From Macrostomum lignano (lineage: Eukaryota), in contig NIVC01005114.1 in the NCBI GenBank assembly GCA_002269645.1, positions 1 through 25,820 of the forward strand: DNA of 25,820 bases, written 5' to 3'. The position numbers were made by a program, and so were the translations under genes. Under the pieces are notes generated by a model that ran no database searches, was not told where the DNA came from, and saw only the letters and a list, made by a program, of their open reading frames with translations. Below, one piece after another: positions 12,221 to 25,521 of this stretch. The first letter of the stretch is position 1. Each line of letters opens with the position of its first letter.

Positions 12221-12313
12221 GGCTCGAAATAGCTCCACTTTAGACACCCGTACCCCGCTCCAACCGGCCAATCAGCACGCGAGCACAGTGAGCTCACCAC
12301 GACAGTCCGGTGC

Positions 12314-14842
<2,529 letters not shown>

Positions 14843-14938
14843 GTAGGCAAATTTATCAATCTTTTCCTCAAAAATGTTCTCGTAGAATACATTGGCAAAA
14901 ATGCTTTTGTAAAATCACATGAAAAGGCCGTTGGCTAA

Positions 14939-15075
14939 GCTGCTGTCCCTGCCCTCTGATCCTTCAGTGAGCTGCTGCTGTCCCTGCCCTCTGATCCTTC
15001 AGTGAGCTGCTGTCCCTGCCCTCTGATCCTTCAGTGAGCTGCTGTCCCTGCCCTCTGATCCTTCAGTGAGCTGCT
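14939..15075 (+). repeat. 32-bp minisatellite (GCTGCTGTCCCTGCCCTCTGATCCTTCAGTGA), 4 copies, ~100 bp upstream of the Smad ATG
   Basis: Four near-identical units, one with an extra GCT. Confidence 0.95.
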
Positions 15076-15289
15076 CTGGAGTCTGCATGGCGTTTTTCCT
15101 GTTAATAGAGGCCGCCTTTCTCTACACTCTGACATAAAAGACGCGAAAAATGTGTTTTTCACTATGTTAAAAATACCAATGCAAAAACAAAACAGCGAGG
15201 ACATTGTCAAGGTTTGACATGACTAGTTTAAACTTTGAATCTGCAAACCTTCAATGTGCCAGTGCAACAAGGAACTGAATTGCTACTTC

Positions 15290-16558
15290 GGGAATACGAG
15301 ATTTGCTAGCAGGAAATCTGCTAGCCGAAGTTTGCTAGCGAGAAATTTGCTAGCCGAAATTTGCTAGCCGAAATCTGCTAGCCGAAATCTGCTAGCCGAA
15401 ATTTGCTAGCCGAAGCTTGCTAGCAGGAATTTTGCTAGCGAGGATTTTGCTAGCCGAGATTTGCTAGCAGGAATTTTGCTAGCGAGGATTTAGCTAGCCG
15501 AAATCTGCTAGCAGGAATCCAATCAAAAACGGCAAGCAGCAATTTGGCTAGCCGAACTCAGGAAGTTGTAATTAGCTAGAGTCAATTAGCTTGTCCAGTT
15601 TCGCAAGAATTTCACTAAATCCTCTGTAGCGTCGCTCCACTTTTACCAATCCTCTTCAAATCGGACACAATCCAATTTTCAACTATTTTGACACAATCGT
15701 TTATAAAGTTTCGAGTCTCGAAGTTAATTCTGAACGGCACTGTGTACTTTTAAAGTTAATCTGATTTTCGTCATCGAGACAGCCACCCCAACCTCCGCCT
15801 CTCTCCCCTTCCTGACCAATGGACAGATGTGTGAAAGGGGTGTTTAAAATTAACTAACTTTCAGCTGCCATAAGTTTGCTCCACGTACAGCGATTGACTT
15901 CAAACTCGATACAATTCTTCATTGACTCATTCTCTGTCTAAATATAGTCTTAACTTTGTACCTCAGTTAGAACAGAAACTGTAGGCATGTGAAGTTTGTC
16001 TGCTTTTTCTGTTGTTTGTGCTACTGCACTCACTCATTCCCCCAGACCAAGGATCAGGTGATAGGGCTCAATGTACATAGCAAATGTACAGTGTTTTGGA
16101 ATAATTCTTTTTATAGCCTTTTCTGCTAACGTTTAGCCATGACAGTTTAGTAAGGAATTCAAATACTGTCCCTAACTACGAGCTATCTGATTGCGACTTG
16201 AGAGTATTCTGTCCCCCACAATGACAAACTGACTTTCCAAGCACTTGAACTGATCCTGATGCTTTTAGTTATAAAATATTTGGGATTTTTACCCACTTCT
16301 CTGGATTCTTTTAGCTAAAACAATGCATTGCCATTGCCAGAAAACAAGCAATCTTTTGACGCCGGTTGCAAAAAGTTCGGTCAGCAAATTCCTGCTAGCA
16401 GATTTCGGCTAACTAAATCCTCGCTAGCAAAATTCCTGCTAGCAAGCTTCGGCTAGCAGATTTCGGCAAGCAAACTTCGGCTAGCAGATTTCGGCAAGCA
16501 AATTTCTCGCTAGCGAACTTCGGCTAGCAGATTTCCTGCTAGCAAATTTCATAGACCC
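15290..16558. mobile_element. Non-autonomous foldback DNA transposon, 1269 bp, long modular TIRs, 8-bp TSD (Merlin- or MULE-like)
   Basis: GCTACTTC at 15282-15289 and 16559-16566. Termini GGG...CCC. Arms ~15290-15518 and ~16388-16558 are inverted arrays of ~15-bp units around GCTAGC. No transposase ORF inside. Confidence 0.88.
15614..16160 (+). repeat. Copy B of the dispersed repeat at 3045-3620, inside the foldback element
   Basis: Colinear shared blocks, e.g. TTTTCAACTATTTTGACACAATCGT, GAGACAGCCACCCCAACCTCC, CATGTGAAGTTTGTCTGCTTTTTCTGTTGTTTGTG, AATGTACATAGCAAATGTACAGTGTTTTGGAATAA, CGTTTAGCCATGACAGTTTAGT. Confidence 0.93.
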
Positions 16559-19500
16559 GCTACTTCAGCTGCTCTAGTTAGTTCTCATTTCCGGGTGAAC
16601 TGAGTGGGGCTGTGCTGTGCCTGCCCGCACTCTGGGCTGGGTTTGAGTGAGCTGGGGGGCTGCTGGAGTCATTGGGTGCGAACTGCATTTGCCCCCCCCC
16701 TCCGCCAGTCTGCCTGCAATCTGAGCGATGACAGCAGGGCCTGAATGGCTTGCTTTAACTTGCCACTAGAATGATCTGCATATGTTGCTAATAATATATG
16801 ACTGTCTTTAAATGGTGCTAGAATACACATATATCTTTCTCATACACCTTAAGGGTTTTCCTAGGCCCTAGATTAACATAGTCAAATAAATGCATAAGAC
16901 CCATAATGTGATATAGTTACTAATTCTTATGGTTTGTCTAGGCAATGAAGGCTGGAATTAATAGTGCATTCCATAGAACTATGACTATTGATAAGTGATG
17001 GAAATAAATTGCAATATGAAATACGCAGCTCATTAATGAACTACTTATATATAAACCTCATTCTTATATCTTAATCTACATACAGGCATCAAAGAAATGC
17101 ATGCATAAAAATGACTATTTACAAGTTACTCTGTGCTAGAAGGCTAGACAGTCTGTATACTCCTAGCCTTTTTACTTCTACCTCAAGTGTCTATTATGCC
17201 TATCTATTGTAATGGCTATAGTAAGAAAGGTCAGAGTTTGCTAACACAAAAGGTGAAGCCTTACTAGGTGGGCTGATAAATATTTATTTATTTTGACTAT
17301 GGATAAAATCACACCACCTGAGTGGGGGTAGAGAATTGCCACACTTGAAGTGCATGGATTTGTACATAATGTACACAAGGCCAATATACATATAAGTTGG
17401 GCTTGTGCGAGCACTACATCTATAAAATTATTAATATAGAGCCTAAGACACAATATACAGCCTAACAAAGAGCTGGGGCATTTATACTTATTGAATACAT
17501 TAATAAATACTATGAGTAAAACATCAAGATTGCCTTGTTAAATCTGATCACTAAATATACAATTACAATTAAAAACAAAAGCTAGGCCTAGACAAAGGCT
17601 GAGATACCATATACTTGACAAAGAAAGAAATAACCCTAAATACCAGATTGCAAAATTGAATTCTACCAACTTAAATCAAAAATATAAATTATATAAGCCC
17701 AGTTAGGGCTGACACACTATAGTCTAGACAATAGACATATCATTATCAAGTAAGTAAATGGCCTAAGTGAAATATCAAGATATAGATTAAAACTATAAGA
17801 GCCATGCCTATGCCTTATATTATATAGCATAGTTGACAATCAGTTGCAAAAAATACAAAAGCATTGTTGCAATTGCTACTTGTTTATTTTTGTATTAACA
17901 TGTAATTGTCTCATACTTAAGTTGCTAGTTGCATAGGCCTTACCTGTCACATTTGTTTTTTTTCTTTGGATCAGGGTAATCAATCACATAGCCAGGAGGG
18001 AGGCAGCAAAGACCTAGCCTGCTTTCAAAATTCTAAAGAAAAGGTTTCTTTTTCCCATGAAAATTTATACAAAAAATCTAGGCCATTTTGTAGAATTATT
18101 TGTTAAACTTATGGTATGCATGTTTTTTAGCTATTGACATAAAATTCAAAAAATTAATGATGCCAACATTTTAGAAATGTTTTGGCATTAAAATATTGAC
18201 ATATTTGTTAGTTTAAGGGCTAGGCAAACCTTTTGAGGTAGCATAATCTATGTTGGGGCAGGTTGTCCACCAGCCATTTTTAAGTGGAAAGCACTTTATT
18301 TGCAATATTTGCAGCTGTCATGGGCAAAGAGTAATAGGGCTATCTGGCCTTAGAAGTTGCGATCCATGCAGTTTGCACATAACTCTGCACTAAATAAGAT
18401 AACTAGGTTCAGTCTACACAAGATTTTGTTTAGTACCCTAGCCTTTTAGCTGGAAAACATCTTGATGCAGCAATTGATAGGAAAGGAGAAGAGAAGGAAG
18501 GCACCCATATGTAGCAACACGGTCGTGCTCTGCAAATTGTGCTCCCAAATTAAAGTTGCCTATTTTGTGCTCTGGCAGATTATGAAGGCCTAGTCTGATA
18601 GGCATGAGTACCAAAAAGCTACAGCAAAGCCCTTTGCTTTGGGGCAATTGGTTTGAAAGAAGCTCAGCAGCATGAAAAGGGTTCATACATGCGCAACCTC
18701 CAAAATTCGGCCAGCCATGTGACTTAGTTTTAACAAAAATGCAACATAGTTTTTGGCCAAAAATGCAACTTACATGTAAAAGAATTCAAAATTAACGCAA
18801 CTTTGGGTAAACGGCAGGAGTAACTATGACTGGCTTATTAAGGCAAAATGCCTCATCATCTACTTAGTACTACTTTGGTATTTATTTGGGTGGGCATTTT
18901 TGCAAAATACATTTGTTGGCCACCAAATCAGTCGACCAGATCGGCCAACTCAGCTAACTGTTGCACATGTATGAGGGGGTATATAGGAGAAAAGCTTGCT
19001 ATGTTCAAGTCAAAGAGCAAATACTGGGTAGTAAGCTGGAATGGGTGGACATATTGTTTCACACTAAAGGGAGGTGCTGCAATTATATTCTAGCACCACA
19101 ACTGCTTGGAGCAGGCACCAGAGAGCAGTTGGTTTCATTGACAAAGTTGATAGTACCGGAAGTGGGTCAAAAAGGGGAGGCTACATAGGAATATGTACCA
19201 AGCTTGGACATAGACACAAGTAATTTTGAAACAGATGAGGATCTAGGGGACACTTGTACAATGAGAATTGCTAAGACACCCTCCTTTTTATGGTATATAA
19301 AGGGGTGGATTTTGGCTATCTTGCAGAATCATTAATTAAACTCACAATATAGGCCTACAAATTTTAAGCTATTGACATGAAACTTTTCAAAAATGAATAT
19401 TTTCATAATTGCCAACATTTTAGAAAGGGTTTGGCATTAAAATTCTATTGTAAAGGTTACAATATAGGTCTAACTTTTATTGCAATTTTTAAGTTTTACA

Positions 19501-20035
19501 GAATTTTAATGACTATTAACAATTATGCAATTATGAATTTGTATGCTGATGTCACTGGCAAAAATGTGTATATGGCCAAAATTAGTTACAAACTTAGGGG
19601 CTCTAAGGAGAAGGGTTTGGGGTTAGAAAAAATTTCATTGCTAAGCTGTGTGAAGACTAAAAAAATACAGAAATTGTCAATCTTAGCAAAAGTGCTAGCT
19701 TACAAGCCAAGACATGTATATTTATCTTATTTACTATTTGTGACAACCCTCTGTAATATATATGCGCCACCTAGAGATACATTGCATATACCATAGTCTG
19801 GATCATGGCAGGCATATGCTAGAATAAAAAGTCATGTTTTTTTTTCAATTTTATGATGACGCTAAATTAAAAAAAAATTATGCCTAGCCAAGAGTTGCTT
19901 GTATGCCAATTGTTTTAAAGAATATATATATTTATAAATAAAACAGTTTTTTTACCATGGTGGTTTTTTGCTGAAAACTAATATTCTTTGTTTTAAATTT
20001 GTTTTTCTTGTAAATTTTGTAAATATTTATTTTTT

Positions 20036-21249
20036 ATTTTAGTTTCTGGATATTTTAGGAGCTTTTATTGGTTGATATTTAACTACACAATTACATTAGC
20101 TCTCACAAGATGTCTATTCTTTGTAAACCAACTGTGTATACTTTATGTTGAACCTAAAAATTCTATATGCTAAGTGTATGCCAAGATTGTCAATGAGAAC
20201 AAAAATATACCAGAATTTTTCTATGTAAAGGCCACCTTCCAAACTTATTATGGCCTTTTTAGATTTTTGGCAAAGCTAATAGATTGGCAAACAATATTAG
20301 CTACTTCAAATAAACCCAATCAGGACCCATAGTCAAGAAAATGGCCTTTTTCATAGAAAATTCCAGCACAAAAGGGGGTTGGACATGCACTGCGCCGGCA
20401 TATTCTAGCACAAAAGCAGGCAAAAGAGAAAAATCTGGCACAATATGACACAAGACAAAAAAATTGGCACAATTTAGTGCAAGAAAAAACTTCTAATGAG
20501 ACAATATTTTCTCTGATAGCAAATTAACATATATAATTTCTTGTAATTAGCACTTTTTCTTTGCTGGTGTATTGATAGCTTTTTAATTAAATCACGTTAA
20601 TATTGCATTTTCTATGAAACATATTCAAACACAAGTTTTACTAGTGTTTTTCAAATAGAAAATAACTGATTTTTGTATTTTTTTCAAAAAGTTGTGGTAC
20701 ATAATGTGAATAAACTTTTTTGATAAGAATAGTTCTGGCCCATGGCGCAAGCAAACTTTTTTGATAAGATTTGTTCTGGCGCATGGCGCAATCAAACTTT
20801 TTAATAGGATTCATTCTGGCACAGGTATGCCATGATTCTGACTAGGCCTATAGATCAAGACCAAGCACTTTTTTAGCATTAGATATTGATTAATAATAAC
20901 TGAATTGCCCTGTTTTGGTGATGCCTTGGCAACGCAAGGGTATAATACTAACATGAAAGTTTGAGTTTTTTTTAGGGGAGGAGTATCATTAGACCTAGCA
21001 GAAAATATTAGGGCATAGCATATGCTCTATAGGCATAGTCTAGGTGGCCTTCCCTTTACGCCAGAAAATTCTGGTATATTTTTGCTCTCACTGACAATCT
21101 TGGCATACACTTGGCGTATAGAACTTTCAGGTTCAACATGAAGTATACACAGTTGGCGTACAAAAAATAGACATCATGTGAGGGCTAATATAATTGTGTA
21201 GTTAAATATCAACCAGTAAAAGCTCTTAAAAATAATCAAAAACTAAAAT
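20036..21249. mobile_element. Old element or foldback with ~200-bp diverged inverted repeats (20036-20238 / 21042-21249)
   Basis: e.g. GATATTTAACTACACAATT at ~20073 pairs with AATTGTGTAGTTAAATATC at ~21192; AAGTGTATGCCAAGATTGTCA pairs with TGACAATCTTGGCATACACTT. Three ~42-bp tandem units inside (~20710-20825). No TSD seen. Confidence 0.7.
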
Positions 21250-23273
21250 TATGCCATATATGGCATAGCTAGCTATACTCCTATTATAGCTTTTGTTTTA
21301 AAAAATATCAATATAAAATAGGCCTAAGATATTGAAGTAGAAATGGTTGGAGGAAATCAGATTCTCAGGTGGGTGGAGAAAGTGGAAAAAGGAAAAACCA
21401 TTGAAAATGTATAACGAACGATTCGAGAATGCCGTAGCCTCTAGCTAAAACCACGTACAAAAGCATGTACTTTAAAAAACCGTATATACACTTAGTTAAC
21501 ATGCAAGGCATTAAAAGTAAGCCCATGTAGAAAATAAATCACGTAAGTCTTAAAGCTTTAAAGCATGTTTAGGCTAATTTCTATTAAAAAAACACAATAA
21601 TACTCTTTTCGAACCTAAACAATGATTCACATGCTTTAGACTGGAAACTAAGGCAGTTGAGAAAAAGGTAAAATTTAAATGCAAAGAGTTTTTTGCTTTT
21701 TATGACTTAGCATATTAAGTTTATATATGTTTTCTTTTTCGTTATGTTAAGGCCCTTGGGGTTTTAAAACCGGAGATATCTAGATTTTTTGGACCCAAAA
21801 ATTTTAAATCTATAAAGTAGAGTAAAACTGATTTATCAAACGAAAAATGTAAGTCTCTTACAGTATTATACATCAAACGCATTTTTACTCTAAACACATT
21901 AAACTTACTCGACATGTATTGGAGTCCACAATAAAATTTGGCACGCTATATTTATAGATAAAATGTTTACATGTACATGCATACTTTAGTGTTTCTGCAC
22001 TTCAAATGGTCGCAGTCGACACAGAGGAAGATGAAATTCTAGAGGAATATGAAGAGAGTTTTATCACAGCGGTAGACGCATCGGGTACCCGTTCATTCGG
22101 TGCGGGGTACGTATGCCAAGATGAGCAACAAAAAAGTGAGCTGGTATTATATATGTGCCCATGGAGCGAGGAGATAGTGTTGTGCATATTTCGAGGTTTT
22201 TGAACGTAAAGATAGAAGAGTGTGTATGCTTAAGAACTGACTAAACGCTGCAAACGACTGCGTTGAGGAGATCAAACATCAAAGCTATAAGGCTATCATA
22301 GTTCGTGCAATTGCATGCTTCTCCGGAGTCGCTGGGATGCCAGCCCACTGTTAACATTGGAGTTGCATTGGAGCATTCAGTCGCTGGCCTGCGGGTCGAA
22401 GGGATCGAGGAATGCTGACTTACCGGTCACACAGAACATGCTAAAGAATAAGGCACGTTGACAATAATTTGCGCAGTGGTTGCTTGACTTGCCTCTGGAT
22501 AATTGTTAATTTATCTACATGTACAATTAAGCACATGTATTGTACAATGATGATCAGACGGGGTTCAGCATATGGATCGGACATGATCGTCTCTTGGGCG
22601 TGAATGTCATCTCCAGGCCATCTCACACTGCCTCGTGCCTGCGGTTGCACCACAAGATTTTGGGCCAAACGCTAACTATACAAATGTGTTCTAGGATTTC
22701 ATCAAAGAGTTTACTTACATGTATCACTGTAAACACCTGTGAGGACATCGAGAATAGATGTATAATCAATTCTGCAGTTAAAATTGGACGACGGCGTATG
22801 CTCGATTCCACAACCGGCGTGAGGGTCCCGGAACAATTTGAAGCTAAGCTGGCACTTTCTAATCGATTATTTAATTCCATGCTTGCACTTTCTGTTCGTT
22901 TCAAAATGTTGTACTAACCATGCATAGATCTTATATTCACTAGATAGGCCACTTTGTATTGCGGCAATAAGGAAAGTTCGACCGCTGTTTTTCGTCACTT
23001 TTGCGAAAAAAAAGCCGACATGGGTGGCTTAAACTTTGAGTTCAGTAGCTTAGTCCCTATTTTTGAGAATTTGATAGACTTCTCGCGAATTAAATAAAAA
23101 GCTACTCCATCAAACTAAAGAAAGATGCATGCACTGCAGAGACTACTGACGAAATTGCGTTCAGTAGTTGATTTTCGCGCTGTCGCGAGCTGCAATTTTT
23201 TTACATTAGGTTGATTCTATGGCCACATAAGTGGTTAATGAGTGGCCCATCTTGTGTATATATTTGATCTTTG

Positions 23274-24058
23274 GTATCGCTTTTGACGCTCTAGATAAGA
23301 CTTTAGACATTCAAAATAAGACTGCATAGGATCGCAAGCAAGGCCAGGCTAGCCACGGCCAGAGCAAGCCCAGTCTTGGCTGCAGGGATGGCTTGGCCAT
23401 AGACTAAAAAATGGAATATCAAAATGAGAATAAGACGCTCAATATGAGACCGGGAGTGAACGTAATTTATTTGCTTTTTGGCAGTCACCATACAGACTTT
23501 TTGGCAGACGTGAGGACATTTCCTTGAGTGTGAGGAAGGGATTTTCCTCCAGCGTCTCAGTCAGGAAGTCTCTCATCTCGTTGTCAGCCTTGCAATTTTC
23601 TTCTCTCCGACCGCCACGAGGTAGGGATTCAACTCTGCCATGGAGGCGGAACTCCGCAGCGATCCTAAAGGCGGACGCTCTCTTGATCTTGAGAATTTGA
23701 GCGGCAGCTAGGATGGTTGATCCATTGTTTACTGCGTCGATCCGACGCTGACGGTCTGCTGCAGGAATCGATGGTGCCATCACAGTGAAATCCAAGGGGT
23801 CAGATGCAACCCAAGGGGTGAAGAAGGAGAGCTGGCTGAGGGTCAGAGGGTTAGAGCGATATCTGAAGGCTTTCACACTCAGTCTCATATTGAGCGTCTT
23901 ATTCTCATTTTGATATCCCATTTTTTAGTCTATGGCCAAGCCATTCCTGCCGCCAAGACTGGGCATGCTCTGGCCGTGGCTAGCCTGGCCTTGCTTGCGA
24001 TCCTATGCAGTCTTATTTTGAATGTCTAAAGTCTTATCTAGAGCGTCAAAAGCGATAC
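23274..24058 (-). mobile_element. Internally deleted Tc1/mariner-IS630-like DNA transposon with 177-bp TIRs
   Basis: TIRs 23274-23450 and 23882-24058 differ at 4 positions. Right flank TA, left flank TG (possibly a mutated TA TSD). The interior encodes a transposase-like N-terminal HTH. Confidence 0.8.
23505..23780 (-). pseudogene. Truncated Tc1/IS630-family transposase (N-terminal HTH DNA-binding region only; no DDE/D domain)
   Basis: MAPSIPAADRQRRIDAVNNGSTILAAAQILKIKRASAFRIAAEFRLHGRVESLPRGGRREENCKADNEMRDFLTETLEENPFLTLKEMSSRL matches the pattern R..I....G.S...AA..L.I....A..I...F...G.V...PRGG...K...E...FL...LEENP.LTL.E; the frame then runs into the TIR and stops. Confidence 0.75.
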
Positions 24059-24087
24059 TAAATAAACTTGCACATTTCAGAGCAATC

Positions 24088-25236
24088 ATGAGGCTGCAGT
24101 TGCAACTAATAATTGCAACCTGCATGAGCCTGACAACTGTGGTGTACTATTTAATTGCGAAGAACTCAATGCTGCCGCAGCCAGCTGCTTGGATTTTCAA
24201 CCAGTCTGAAGCAAACTTTCAAGTTTTGAAGTCTCAAGCGCCGATTTACGCCATACCCTTGAATATTGAGGCTCTGAGGCTGAACTTCCCGAAGCTGAAG
24301 GAGGCCACCAAGAGGCACAGCGGGCCGCACAGAGGCCGGCTGGACCAGATGATGCTGAGCTACGTGCCGGAGTTCAACACTACAGCGTGGACGCTGCACA
24401 GCCCCAGCGGCAGGCGCTTCACCATAGCAGAGGTCCAAGCCGTCGCCAAGTCCACCATTCGGCCTGGCTATCCGGTGCCAAACGTTGCCCACTTTGTGCT
24501 CCCCTTCGGCGACACCCAGCTGCAGTTCCACCACATGGTCAGCCTCCTCAGCTGCGTGCACGTGATGAAGCCGCACCGCCTGATGCTGTGGTACGCTCCC
24601 GGTAGGTTGCCCACCGGACAGTGGTGGGACCGAGTGAGGAAGAACCTCACCGAGGTGGAGTGGGATGAAATGATTATCATGGTGCAGAGGCCGGTCCCCA
24701 AATCGGTGTACTCGGTGCCAGTTCACGGCAGAGAGCACCAGTCGGATGTGATGAGGCTGGAGGCCGTGCTTGTATTTGGCGGCGTGTACCTGGACATCGA
24801 CGTGCTCGTGCTGAAGCCGCTGGACCCTCTGCGGAAGTTCGACTTCACCATCGGTAGAGAGGTTTCCTACGGTCTGTGCAACGGCATCTTCATGTCGGCT
24901 CCGAGTGCAACTTTTCTGGCCATGTGGCACACTGCATACCAGGTGTTCGATGATAACGCTTGGGGCGACCACTCTGTGAAGTTGCCGCACTCGATGCAGC
25001 TGGCGTTCCCGGACCTGTGCCACGTGGAGGAGGACAGCCTGGACCGGCCGAACTGGACTTCGGAAGAGGTGGTTTGGATCTTCGGGATCGGGCAGCAGCA
25101 CCACTGGGACTGGCGGAGAAAGAACTACGCTGTTCACCTGTACGGCAAATTCAACGATGAGAACTTGTCTAGCGTTAGAAGCTTGAACTCCATGTACGGG
25201 GAAATGTGCCGCTACATTCTTTTTGGGAGCAGCTGA
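24088..25236 (+). CDS. Intronless type II membrane glycosyltransferase, GT32-like (DxD sugar-binding; alpha-1,4-GlcNAc/Gal or mannosyltransferase family), 382 aa from ATG 24088 (upstream in-frame ATG 24022)
   Basis: N-terminal TM anchor (LIIATCMSLTTVVYYLIA); VPNVAHFV; HQSDVMRLEAVLVFGGVYLDIDVLVLKPLDPLR; GLCNGIFMSAPSATFLAMWHTAY...WGDHSVKLP; HLYGK. TTTCAG acceptor-like site at 24075-24080; AATAAA at 25434. Confidence 0.9.
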   Translation: MRLQLQLIIATCMSLTTVVYYLIAKNSMLPQPAAWIFNQSEANFQVLKSQAPIYAIPLNIEALRLNFPKLKEATKRHSGPHRGRLDQMMLSYVPEFNTTAWTLHSPSGRRFTIAEVQAVAKSTIRPGYPVPNVAHFVLPFGDTQLQFHHMVSLLSCVHVMKPHRLMLWYAPGRLPTGQWWDRVRKNLTEVEWDEMIIMVQRPVPKSVYSVPVHGREHQSDVMRLEAVLVFGGVYLDIDVLVLKPLDPLRKFDFTIGREVSYGLCNGIFMSAPSATFLAMWHTAYQVFDDNAWGDHSVKLPHSMQLAFPDLCHVEEDSLDRPNWTSEEVVWIFGIGQQHHWDWRRKNYAVHLYGKFNDENLSSVRSLNSMYGEMCRYILFGSS

Positions 25237-25433
25237 TGCCTCTGAGTTCGCTTTAAAGGTTCATATCTAGTATTCAGCGGTATTTTTACAGCAATCAATT
25301 TTAACTAATTGAAACTTCTAATTCATTAAACGTTGCAAATATGCACTTTGTCCAGAGCATACTTTTGTGTTAACCTTCTATTTTAGTTATGGTTTGCTGT
25401 AATTTCCTGACCTTAACTTGCATCAGTTGGCGA

Positions 25434-25439
25434 AATAAA
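25434..25439 (+). promoter_or_regulatory. Candidate polyadenylation signal for the glycosyltransferase
   Basis: AATAAA ~200 bp after the stop codon. Confidence 0.45.
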
Positions 25440-25521
25440 GCAGCTCGTTTTGACAAACCGCTAAACAAAGCGTGTTAATTGCGCTTGCATCAATAGGGCT
25501 TGACGCTGAAGACTATATATT

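Noticed and set aside
17241-19796. Short AT-rich ORFs (75-139 aa) in the CpG-poor block
   Set aside because: No recognisable family signatures; lengths compatible with chance.
22002-22917. Short ORFs (61-125 aa) and a GTAAGT donor on the minus strand near 22425
   Set aside because: No recognisable motifs and frames are interrupted; may be a decayed TE, but this cannot be supported without a search.
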